Assembly: GCA_030602705.1 (NCBI GenBank)
Contig: JAUVZF010000005.1
Coordinates: forward strand, 2,663 to 66,662
Reading direction: 5' to 3'
DNA from: Planctomycetota bacterium
GTDB taxonomy: Bacteria > Planctomycetota > Phycisphaerae > FEN-1346
DNA: 64,000 nt
Numbering within the stretch: the first letter of the stretch is position 1; each line of letters begins with the position of its first letter. This document shows positions 48,564 to 56,291 of this stretch, piece by piece. Position numbers and translations under genes: made by a program. The notes under the pieces were generated by a model. That model saw nothing but the letters and a program-made list of their open reading frames with translations, made no database searches and was not told the DNA's origin.

Positions 48564-49469
48564 TTAACAATGCTTCTCGATCAGTGTGATGAGCCCTTTT
48601 TCCAGGCCGGGATCGGCATCTCCGTCCCCCCCGCCCGCGAGCACGTCGAGACACGTTTGCCGGAATGCCACGTCGGAAGCCGACATTCTCATGCCGTTCG
48701 TGCTCACGAGTCTGGCGATCATGATGCTGGCCCGGACGGTGGGAACCGTGCCGGTGTCCGTTTCCCTGGCGCCGCGCACAACGTCCACGATGGCGCGGGC
48801 CGTCTCGTTCGCCACGCCGCCCTTGGCGGCGGCGATGGCGATCTCGCTGTCGCGATCGTAGTGGCCGAGCCGGATGGTGATCATGCGGTCCAGCAGCGCA
48901 TCCTGTGCCCTGTGGATCCCGGCGTACTCCTCGGGGTTGCTGGTGAAGATGGCGCAGAACTCCGGTGCCACGCGCAGGTACCCGTCCTCTCCCCGGGCGG
49001 CCGGCAGGTCGAGAATCTTCTCCTCCAGGATGGGCAGCAGGACGTTGTTGGCCTCGGCCTTCGAGCGTGTGAACTCGTCGTAGAGCAGCGTGTAGCCGTT
49101 TTTGCAGGCCGCGGTCACGCGGTTGTCGACCCATTCGGGCGAGACGCTCTCTTCCGACTTGAGGACCGTGTGGATGAAGTTATCGACGAGTTTCTTTCGC
49201 CGGTATCCGTACTGGCCGCCGATCAGGTCCGAGGTGCCGAACTCCTCGTCGCCGTGGATCAGCATCACGGGGCGGCCGATCTGGCCCGCGACGTACATGG
49301 CGATCGTCGTTTTGCCCGTGCCGGCCGGCCCGCTCAGATGGACGGGGAAGCCTGCCGCCAAGTACCTCATGGCCCGTTCCACCACGTTCTGCACCGCGGG
49401 CGTGACGACGAAGCCGGGCTGCTCCTTGTCGATGAGGATCGGTGAGACCTCTGAATGTGTTGCGGTCAT
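48564..49469 (-). CDS. gvpN: Gas vesicle AAA+ ATPase GvpN (CbbQ/NirQ/MoxR-like).
   Basis: FPVHLSGPAGTGKTTIAMYVAGQIGRPVMLIHGDEEF...LLYDEFTRS...AIFTSNPEEY. Start at MTATHSEV after GGAGG. Confidence 0.85.
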   Translation of the reverse strand: MTATHSEVSPILIDKEQPGFVVTPAVQNVVERAMRYLAAGFPVHLSGPAGTGKTTIAMYVAGQIGRPVMLIHGDEEFGTSDLIGGQYGYRRKKLVDNFIHTVLKSEESVSPEWVDNRVTAACKNGYTLLYDEFTRSKAEANNVLLPILEEKILDLPAARGEDGYLRVAPEFCAIFTSNPEEYAGIHRAQDALLDRMITIRLGHYDRDSEIAIAAAKGGVANETARAIVDVVRGARETDTGTVPTVRASIMIARLVSTNGMRMSASDVAFRQTCLDVLAGGGDGDADPGLEKGLITLIEKHC

Positions 49470-49594
49470 GGTCTGCCTCCGGGTCTGGAGAGGCGCCTTC
49501 CTCGGGAAGCCAGGCGAACCGCCGGTGCCATCTCTATGGTTTTGATGGGGCACATGTGCGGGTCCCCGAACGGCTTCCGAGGAAGGCTCCCTCT

Positions 49595-50515
49595 CTAATG
49601 ACAGGGCTCACAACGGATGTTCTCCAGTGCAGGGTCGGCGCTGACCATGTACACGATGGCCGGCGCCTGCCCGGTTCGTTCCAGCCTGCGTCGTCTGACC
49701 TCTTCCCAGGGCTCGACGCCCGTGGCGATGCCGCCGTCGCTCATGTCTCTGTGGCCGACGACGCGGCCGACCCGGCGGAGCGCATTGTGCAAGGCCTGGG
49801 GTGTGCGGCCGTGGGTGCGCAGGGCTGCCTGGAGGCGGTCCACAATGGATTCGCGTCGCGATGCCTCGTAGCGCGCACCCTCCAGCGGCACGCAGTCCGT
49901 CAGGTGGAGGCCGGCGTCCACGCTGGCCCGGAACAGGACCGGGCGTCCAGCCCGGTTCTTGCGTCTCAGCCGCCTTTCGTCCCAAGGCTCGAATACGATG
50001 TGACACCCGTCCGAGTCCCAGTGGACGTGGTCGACCTCGCCCACAGGGCGTATCGACTCGGCGAGGAGGTCCGCGGCACGGGCGGGGCGTTCTTCGGGCG
50101 GCAGTTCGCTAAGACGGGGCCCGAAGGCGGACAGCGCCTCCTGAAGCGAACCGCTCAGGCGCGCCGCCCGCCCCAGCGCAAGGGCCCTCATTCTCTTCTT
50201 CCTCTCGTTTCCCTGCTGGTACTCGGCCGCCTCTCGTTCAAGCCGGGCCACCCGCTGTCTTGCGAGCCTTGTCCCGAGCGTTCCCCTGGCCCTCGCCCAT
50301 TCCCGCGCCATGATCTTTCGGGCAAGGCGGTTCAGGCCGGATGCGGAAAGGCTCTTCGGCTTTTTCTTCTTGCGGAAGGCGGCGCCGGCGGGCGTTGCGG
50401 GCAGTTCCCTCCACCCGGCGGAATCCGGCTCGGAGGGCCACAAAGGGGCCAATTTCTTCGCAGGATCGCCGCCCTTCTTGAAGGCAATCGTGGAACCCGA
50501 CGGTCCATCGGTCAT
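49595..50515 (-). CDS. Hypothetical protein (306 aa).
   Basis: ORF with high GC3 and no recognisable motif. Confidence 0.45.
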   Translation of the reverse strand: MTDGPSGSTIAFKKGGDPAKKLAPLWPSEPDSAGWRELPATPAGAAFRKKKKPKSLSASGLNRLARKIMAREWARARGTLGTRLARQRVARLEREAAEYQQGNERKKRMRALALGRAARLSGSLQEALSAFGPRLSELPPEERPARAADLLAESIRPVGEVDHVHWDSDGCHIVFEPWDERRLRRKNRAGRPVLFRASVDAGLHLTDCVPLEGARYEASRRESIVDRLQAALRTHGRTPQALHNALRRVGRVVGHRDMSDGGIATGVEPWEEVRRRRLERTGQAPAIVYMVSADPALENIRCEPCH

Positions 50516-50529
50516 GCCAGGTCCTTTCC

Positions 50530-50868
50530 TCAGTATGGCAGGTCCATCTTCTTCATGGATCGGGGGAGTTTCTTGGCTTTGCCGGCACCCGGCTTAGGCG
50601 TCCCATGCGCGTTTGCGGGCAATTGGGCCTCGAGCACCTGGCCCAGTTTTTGCTGGATCCTCTGCATGTCTTTCAGCATAAGTTTTTGATCCAGGGCGAC
50701 GAACTCCTTGCGGGTCTCCATGTTTTCACATTCGCGTTCGTGGCGTTCCTGCCTCTTCTGCTGAAGGTACATGTCGAGGAACTCTTGCCCGACTTGCTTG
50801 GGCATAGCCCGCAGTCGCATCTTCTGCGAGGTCCTCAGGTTGTTGATCCCCGTCATTTTCTGTTGCAC
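50530..50868 (-). CDS. Hypothetical coiled-coil protein (112 aa).
   Basis: ORF only. Confidence 0.4.
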   Translation of the reverse strand: MQQKMTGINNLRTSQKMRLRAMPKQVGQEFLDMYLQQKRQERHERECENMETRKEFVALDQKLMLKDMQRIQQKLGQVLEAQLPANAHGTPKPGAGKAKKLPRSMKKMDLPY

Positions 50869-50882
50869 GAGGGGCCTCCCTT

Positions 50883-51059
50883 CTATCTCAGCCGGCCCTT
50901 CTTGCGTGCGTGAACGGTGATGAACCGGCCCGGCCCGGGGCCGCAGGCCTTGATCTCGACGGTGGCTCCGGGCTTGAGGCCCGTCTCGCGCGCGATGTTC
51001 TTGGCGATTCGGATCTTGCCTTCTTCGTCCACCTTCGCGAACGCTCTCATCAGCGCCAT
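50883..51059 (-). CDS. Unlisted small AbrB/SpoVT/MazE-like protein (58 aa), MALMRAFAKVDEEGKIRIAKNIARETGLKPGATVEIKACGPGPGRFITVHARKKGRLR.
   Basis: Hand-translated. The KVDEEGKIRI swapped-hairpin motif is paralogous to the N-terminus of 34646..35101. Sits 3 nt downstream of gvpN-2. Confidence 0.45.
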   Translation of the reverse strand: MALMRAFAKVDEEGKIRIAKNIARETGLKPGATVEIKACGPGPGRFITVHARKKGRLR

Positions 51060-51062
51060 GGT

Positions 51063-52088
51063 TTACTCTCCTTCCGTTGCGCCCGCCATTTCGAGGACAG
51101 GCTGCTCAGACTCAGGCCCGAGGCCGGGCTGTTGCGGCTCGGGCGGCCCTTCGGCCGGCATCGGCCGCGAGGCGCAGTGCTTGTCGATCAGATTCGAGAT
51201 CACCTCCGCCGCCCTGGAGTGGTGCGCGCGGTCGCCCACGCGGCTGGTCTCGGAGGACAGGATGTCGATGCAGGTCTGCCTGAAGACGGTGTTGTCGCGG
51301 GCGACGACGCCCTTGCGAATCCTGAGCGTCTTGGCAATCATCATGGCGCCGCGCACCGTCGGGGCGAACTCGATCGCGTCGGACTCGCGCAGGGCGCGCA
51401 CGATCCGCACGATGCTCGTGGCGTCGGCCTCGGACAGGCCCGACTTGGCCACCGTAATCTGGATCTCGGTCTCCTCGTCGTAGTGGTCCAGGTCGAGGGT
51501 GATCATGCGGTCCCTGAGGGCGTCCTGGCTGCGGTGGACGCCGGCGTATTCCTCCGGGTTGCTGGTGAAGATGGCGGTGAAGTCCGGGTCGACCCGCAGG
51601 TAGTTCCCGTCACCCTCGCGTGCGGCGGGCAGGTCCATCATGCGTTCCTGGAGGACCGAGAGCAGGACGTTGTTGGCTTCGGGCCGCGAGCGCGTGAACT
51701 CGTCGTAGATGAGCGTAAAGCCGTGCTTGCAGGCGACCGTCAGGCGGTTGTCCACCCAGCGGCGCTGCATGTCCTCTTCGGTCTTCAGGACCGAGTGGAT
51801 GAAGTTGTCCACGACCTTTCGGATGCGGTACCCGTACTCGCCGCCCACCAGGTCGGAGGTCGAGAACTCCTCGTCGCCGTGGATCATCACGACCGGCCGG
51901 CCGATCTTGGCCGCAACGTGCATCGCCAGCGTGGTCTTGCCGGTGCCGGAGACGCCCCGGAAGTGAATGGGGAACCCGGCAGCGACGTACCCGAGTGCCC
52001 GCGCCGTGATGTCCTTGACCGCCTTGGTCTCGACGAAGTTCGGCAAGGGGCGCGGTTCCAGAACCGTCGTCATCTCCTCGATTGGCAT
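51063..52088 (-). CDS. gvpN: Gas vesicle AAA+ ATPase GvpN (second paralog).
   Basis: FPIHFRGVSGTGKTTLAMHVAAKIGRPVVMIHGDEEF...LIYDEFTRS...AIFTSNPEEY. Confidence 0.85.
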   Translation of the reverse strand: MPIEEMTTVLEPRPLPNFVETKAVKDITARALGYVAAGFPIHFRGVSGTGKTTLAMHVAAKIGRPVVMIHGDEEFSTSDLVGGEYGYRIRKVVDNFIHSVLKTEEDMQRRWVDNRLTVACKHGFTLIYDEFTRSRPEANNVLLSVLQERMMDLPAAREGDGNYLRVDPDFTAIFTSNPEEYAGVHRSQDALRDRMITLDLDHYDEETEIQITVAKSGLSEADATSIVRIVRALRESDAIEFAPTVRGAMMIAKTLRIRKGVVARDNTVFRQTCIDILSSETSRVGDRAHHSRAAEVISNLIDKHCASRPMPAEGPPEPQQPGLGPESEQPVLEMAGATEGE

Positions 52089-52200
52089 GAGTCTTCTCCC
52101 TCCCTTTAGTAAGGATCCCGGTGCAGCCCTCGCGCTGCCGGTCGGACCGTTCCCACCCTCGCACGGAGCCTGGAGGCCGGAGACGACGAGATCACAAACG

Positions 52201-52788
52201 TCACTCGTTCGCCTTGGCCTTTTTCTTCTTCTTCGCCCTCTTGTTTTTGTTCGCCTTCTTGTTCCTATTCGCTTTCTTGCGGGCCGCTGCTTTGGGGGCA
52301 GCGACCGTCGTCTTCCGGTCGGCTGAGGACGTCCAACGCATCGAGGTCGAACTGGGAGCGGCGGCCGTCGTCTTAGGCCTGGGTACGTCTCGCGGGGCCC
52401 CTTGCTCGATGCCCTCCGGGTGCAGCGCTGCGTGCTCCTTGCTCACAACGCCCGTGCCGCCACAGTCGGTGCAGGTCAGGTAGTACCCGTGCACGTGGCC
52501 TTTGCCGTCACAGGAAGGACACTTGACGGCGTCCTTGGGCACCGTGACCATGCCCTTGCCCCTGCATACCATGCAGGTGATGCGTTTGTTTCGTTCGACG
52601 CCCGTGCCGCCGCAGAAGGCGCACTCGATGGCCGGCTTGGTGAGGCTCACCTTGCCGCGCCCGCCGCACACCTGGCACTTCGAGAGTTTTGACATTATTT
52701 CAAAGGGGTCCTTCCCGGTTCCTCCGCAGAAGGCACACGTCGTGGTCAACCTTCCGGCGGTCCTGGTTAACACTTTTATCTGTGCCAT
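52201..52788 (-). CDS. DnaJ-type zinc-finger repeat protein with a Lys/Ala-rich basic tail.
   Basis: CAFCGGTGKD/CQVCGGRGK/CAFCGGTGV/CMVCRGKGM/CPSCDGKGH/CTDCGGTGV, and C-terminus ...KKANRNKKANKNKRAKKKKKAKANE. Confidence 0.65.
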   Translation of the reverse strand: MAQIKVLTRTAGRLTTTCAFCGGTGKDPFEIMSKLSKCQVCGGRGKVSLTKPAIECAFCGGTGVERNKRITCMVCRGKGMVTVPKDAVKCPSCDGKGHVHGYYLTCTDCGGTGVVSKEHAALHPEGIEQGAPRDVPRPKTTAAAPSSTSMRWTSSADRKTTVAAPKAAARKKANRNKKANKNKRAKKKKKAKANE

Positions 52789-52891
52789 TGGTTATCTCCT
52801 CATCCGTTGCCCGCAGGTCCGGGCCGTCAGGCGCGCCTGGCGGCGTGCCGGCGTCCGGCCGCTCGGGCGGCCGGCGGTTACCGAAGGCTCG

Positions 52892-54088
52892 CTACGCGAA
52901 ATAGACCGAACCTTCCTTCTCCACCTTGCCTTCCTCAACCAGTTCCCGGGCAACGGGAAGGAGGTCGCGCCAACTCTCGAAGCCCAACCGCTCGGCCACG
53001 GCGGCCAGTTTCATGCCGTCTTCGCTCCCGGCGATCAGGGCCAGGACCTTCCGTTTCAACTCAGCGGGTGAAGGCCCTTCCTTGGCGCCTTTGGCAGGCT
53101 TGGGCTTCGCGGGCGCCGGCCTGCCGTCGCCGCCGTGGACATGTCTCATCTTCGCGAGCAGGTCCTGCCACGCCGCCGCCGTCTCGGCACGGTCCGCAGC
53201 AGCCTCTGCCTTGAGTTCGACGTTCTCTTTGTGGAATTGGTCCAGAAGGCCCGCCACCTCCTGTGCACGCGCCTTGTCCTGTTCGGCCGCCTCGGCGATC
53301 AGTGCGGTGTTCTGCTGCGCGAGATCCTTGACCGTGGCGTCAGCCTCCGCCCTGATATCAAGATTCTCCTGATGGAACTGGGTGACCAGTTCCGTCATCT
53401 CCTGGGCCCTGGCCTTGTCCTCCTCGGCGGCCTCAGCCTTCAGGGCGACGTTCTGCTGCGCGAGGTCCTTGACGGTCGCGTCAGCCTCCGCCTTCAGGTC
53501 CACGTTCTCTTTGTGGAATTGGGTGACCAGTTCCGTCATCTCTTGTGCCCGCGCCTTGTCCCCCTCGGCGGCCTCAGCCTTCAGGGCGACGTTCTGTTGG
53601 GCGAGGTCCTTGACCGTGGCGTCAGCCTCCGCCTTCAGGTCCACGTTCTCTTTGTGGAATTGGTCCACAAGACCCGCCATCTCCTGTGCCCGCGCCTTGT
53701 CCTCTTCGGCGGCCTCGGCGATCAGGGCGGCGTTCTGCTGCGCGAGATCCTTGACCGTGGTGTCAGCCTCCGCCCTGATATCAAGATTCTCCTGATGGAA
53801 CTGGGTGACCAGTTCCGCCATCTCCTGCGTCCGCGCCTTGTCTTCCTCGGCGGCCTCGGCGATCAAGGCGACGTTCTGCTGCGCGAGATCCTTGACCGTG
53901 GCGTCAGCCTCCGCCTTCAGGTCGACGTTCTCTTTGTGGAATTGGTTCAGAAGGTCCGCCACCTCCTGCCTCCTGGCCTTGCTCTCCTCGGCGGCTTCGG
54001 CGATAATGCGCGGCACGTCCTGCTTGCGCTGCGTGTGACAGGCAGCCATCTCCTCGGCCAGGCTCTTTAGATCCGTTGCGTTCGACAT
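52892..54088 (-). CDS. GvpC-like repeat protein (about seven 45-aa repeats) with a C-terminal wHTH-like domain, directly downstream of gvpA.
   Basis: Repeats of AEAAEEDKARAQEM(A/T)ELVTQFH(K/Q)ENVDLKAEADATVKDLAQQNVAL(I/K), with matching 135-bp DNA periodicity at 53150-54050. Start taken at MSNATDL after GGAGGA. Confidence 0.6.
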   Translation of the reverse strand: MSNATDLKSLAEEMAACHTQRKQDVPRIIAEAAEESKARRQEVADLLNQFHKENVDLKAEADATVKDLAQQNVALIAEAAEEDKARTQEMAELVTQFHQENLDIRAEADTTVKDLAQQNAALIAEAAEEDKARAQEMAGLVDQFHKENVDLKAEADATVKDLAQQNVALKAEAAEGDKARAQEMTELVTQFHKENVDLKAEADATVKDLAQQNVALKAEAAEEDKARAQEMTELVTQFHQENLDIRAEADATVKDLAQQNTALIAEAAEQDKARAQEVAGLLDQFHKENVELKAEAAADRAETAAAWQDLLAKMRHVHGGDGRPAPAKPKPAKGAKEGPSPAELKRKVLALIAGSEDGMKLAAVAERLGFESWRDLLPVARELVEEGKVEKEGSVYFA

Positions 54089-54254
54089 TGCCTGTTCCTC
54101 CATCCTGCATCGACTTGACGTTACTGACTCAGGAGAGGGGTGCCCGTTACACGCCTCTTCGCAAAGACTCCAGGCTGCGCCCGAACCGCCTGCCTTGCAT
54201 CGGCCGGTGCAGGAGGGCCCGTGTCGGACGCTCCTACCGCTCGGGGGCAACCCA

Positions 54255-54281
54255 GCGTCCTGTCCGACTCAGAGCCGGACG
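54255..54281 (-). terminator. Stem-loop immediately 3' of the gvpA stop (between gvpA and the gvpC-like gene). Possible attenuator or partial terminator, or an mRNA-stabilising hairpin.
   Basis: Minus-strand RNA ACGUCCGGCUCUGAGUCGGACAGGACGC forms a 5-6 bp outer stem plus a 5 bp inner stem. No U-tract. Confidence 0.25.
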
Positions 54282-54488
54282 TTACGCCTCTTCGGGAAGA
54301 AGCCCCACGGCCTCGGCGTACTTCAGGAACGTCTCGACGCCGGCGATGACGATCCGCGCCTCGATGGCCAGGAGTTCGATCCCGACGAGCGACACCCGCA
54401 CCCAGGCATCGATGACGATGCCCTTGTCGAGGATGCGGTCCACGACTTCGACCAGACTGGAACTCGCGATTGCTTTCTCGACAGCCAT
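54282..54488 (-). CDS. gvpA: Major gas vesicle structural protein GvpA.
   Basis: [63 protein letters not shown] is near-identical to the GvpA consensus. Start at MAVEK. Confidence 0.92.
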   Translation of the reverse strand: MAVEKAIASSSLVEVVDRILDKGIVIDAWVRVSLVGIELLAIEARIVIAGVETFLKYAEAVGLLPEEA

Positions 54489-54924
54489 TTCCGTCTCCCT
54501 TCCTAAGAACGTGTGCGTACATAGCGATACGGCGAGCCTGCACCGAGCAGGCTCCACCTCCGGAGGTTATCAGGTAAGATCCGACGTGCCGGCGGCGCGC
54601 GGCGGCGGCGCTTATCGCCTCGGCGCCGCCTCGAGAGCGTTTGGGAACGAGGAAGAAGGGAATAAGCCGCCCCGGCCCGGCCGCATCGGACGGCCGGCGG
54701 GGCGGGCGACTGATCACCGCGACTTTACTCCTACGCATCTCCATCCCAGCGTTCCCAGCGCTTACGGCATCGAGACGTGCATCCTTGCAACCACTAATTG
54801 ACGGGTTGCGGGTGCAACTTAAAGGTTTTTCTGCTTTTCATCAAAAATTCCGGCCGAGCCAATCACGCATGCACAATCGTCGTACCCGCCCGTCCTCGCC
54901 GGCGTCCTTCCGCGGCCGCCGGTG

Positions 54925-54950
54925 CCTTCTGTGTGTGTGTGGGGGGGTGT
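54925..54950. repeat. (GT)5 followed by a G7 homopolymer, CTGTGTGTGTGTGGGGGGGTG, in the gvpA leader.
   Basis: Read from the sequence. A simple-sequence tract with slipped-strand potential. Confidence 0.5.
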
Positions 54951-55059
54951 GCGTCGCGGCCGCGCGTGGGGGACGCGGCCGCGACGACGTGGGGTCCAAC
55001 GCGTGCAGGCCGTTGGTCATGTCGATGCGGGCTCCAGTGCTCATTGCTGATTCCAGAAG

Positions 55060-55078
55060 GGGCAAACGCCGTGCCATC
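55060..55078 (-). promoter_or_regulatory. Consensus sigma-54 (-24/-12) promoter, TGGCAC-GGCGT-TTGC, oriented toward gvpA.
   Basis: Plus-strand GCAAACGCCGTGCCA at 55062-55076 is the reverse complement of TGGCACGGCGTTTGC. A sigma-54 activator gene sits immediately upstream. Confidence 0.5.
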
Positions 55079-55247
55079 GGGAGCGAGCGCGTCGCGGCGC
55101 CAAGCATGCGGCCATATCAGTATTGGCAGAGGCGATGCGCGACGATGGCCGTTCGCGCGGCAGGAGCGGAAGCACCTGCGGTTGTGGAGAGCGTTCCCCA
55201 TAGTTGCGGAATCCATTCCATAGGCGGCAGGGGCTGCCCATCCGGCG

Positions 55248-56291
55248 TTATGCCCGAGAGATGCCGTAATCCCTTGCCTTGGTGAGGAGGGTTTTGTAGT
55301 CGATCCGGAGGAGCCGAGCGGCCTTGGCCTTGTTTCCGCCGGTCCGCCTGAGGACCTCGGCGAGGATCTGCCGTTCGACGCGGGCCACGACTCGCCGCAC
55401 GACTTCCTTGAAGGAAGCGCTGCCCCCGATCACCTCGTTGATGTCGGGCGGCGCGGCATCGGCCTCCAGGGGCGCCCCGGAGATGTCCAGGTGGTCGGGT
55501 TCGATGCGGGTATCGGCCATGAGGACGCCCCGGCGGACGACGTTGCGGAGTTCGCGGACGTTGCCCGGCCACGGGTAGTTCAGGAGCCGCTCGATGGCGG
55601 CCTCGGAGAGCCCGCGGACGTCCTTTTCGAGTTCGCGGTTCGTCAGTTCGACAAACCGGTTCGCTAGTGGGATGATGTCGGCCCGGCGCCGGCGCAGCGG
55701 CGGCACCTCGATGTGGAACTCGTTCAGGCGGTGATACAGGTCGCGGCGAAAGCCGTCGGCCCGAACGAGCGAGCCGACATCGCGATTGGTGGCGGCGATG
55801 ACGCGGATGTCCACCTCGATGCCGTCTGTGCTGCCGACGCGCCAGATGCGCCTCTCCTGGAGCGCGCGGAGGAGCCTTGGCTGGAGGTCAAGGGGCAGGT
55901 TCGAGACCTCATCGAGGAAGAGCGTCCCGCCGGAGGCCAGTTCGAACTTGCCCGGCCGTGCCCGGTCCGCCCCCGTAAAGGCGCCCTTCTCGTGCCCGAA
56001 CAGTTCGCTCTCGATGAGGGTCTCGGGTATCGAGCCGCAGTCCACCGCGATGAACGGCGCCGAGGCGCGGCGGCTGATGCGGTGAATCGCCCGGGCGACG
56101 ACTTCCTTTCCGGCGCCGGTCTCGCCGGTGATGAGCACCGTAAAGGACGTGGGGGCCACCCGCTCGACGGTCGCGAAGACCGCCTGCATCGCCTCGCTTG
56201 ATCCGATGACGTCGCGCGTGGAGATGCCGCTGTCCAGGCAGGGGGCTTCTGCGACGTTCTCCTGGATGGTGCCGCTCGTTGCCGTAGTCAT
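55248..56291 (-). CDS. Sigma-54-dependent transcriptional activator, PspF-like (AAA+ domain plus C-terminal HTH, no receiver or sensor domain).
   Basis: [33 protein letters not shown] (GAFTGA motif), and C-terminal [22 protein letters not shown]. Start taken at MTTATSGT; the upstream part of the listed ORF is probably non-coding. Confidence 0.85.
   Translation of the reverse strand: MTTATSGTIQENVAEAPCLDSGISTRDVIGSSEAMQAVFATVERVAPTSFTVLITGETGAGKEVVARAIHRISRRASAPFIAVDCGSIPETLIESELFGHEKGAFTGADRARPGKFELASGGTLFLDEVSNLPLDLQPRLLRALQERRIWRVGSTDGIEVDIRVIAATNRDVGSLVRADGFRRDLYHRLNEFHIEVPPLRRRRADIIPLANRFVELTNRELEKDVRGLSEAAIERLLNYPWPGNVRELRNVVRRGVLMADTRIEPDHLDISGAPLEADAAPPDINEVIGGSASFKEVVRRVVARVERQILAEVLRRTGGNKAKAARLLRIDYKTLLTKARDYGISRA

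Noticed and set aside
22680-54050. Tandem DNA repeats (22680-22930, 33200-33700, 53150-54050) considered as CRISPR arrays.
   Set aside because: The repeats are contiguous with no unique spacers and lie inside ORFs, encoding repeat proteins. No cas genes are present.
54121-55216. ORFs 54121..54744, 54841..55107 and 54863..55216 in the gvpA leader.
   Set aside because: They overlap gvpA or the sigma-54 promoter and have biased low-complexity translations. The region is treated as an untranslated leader.
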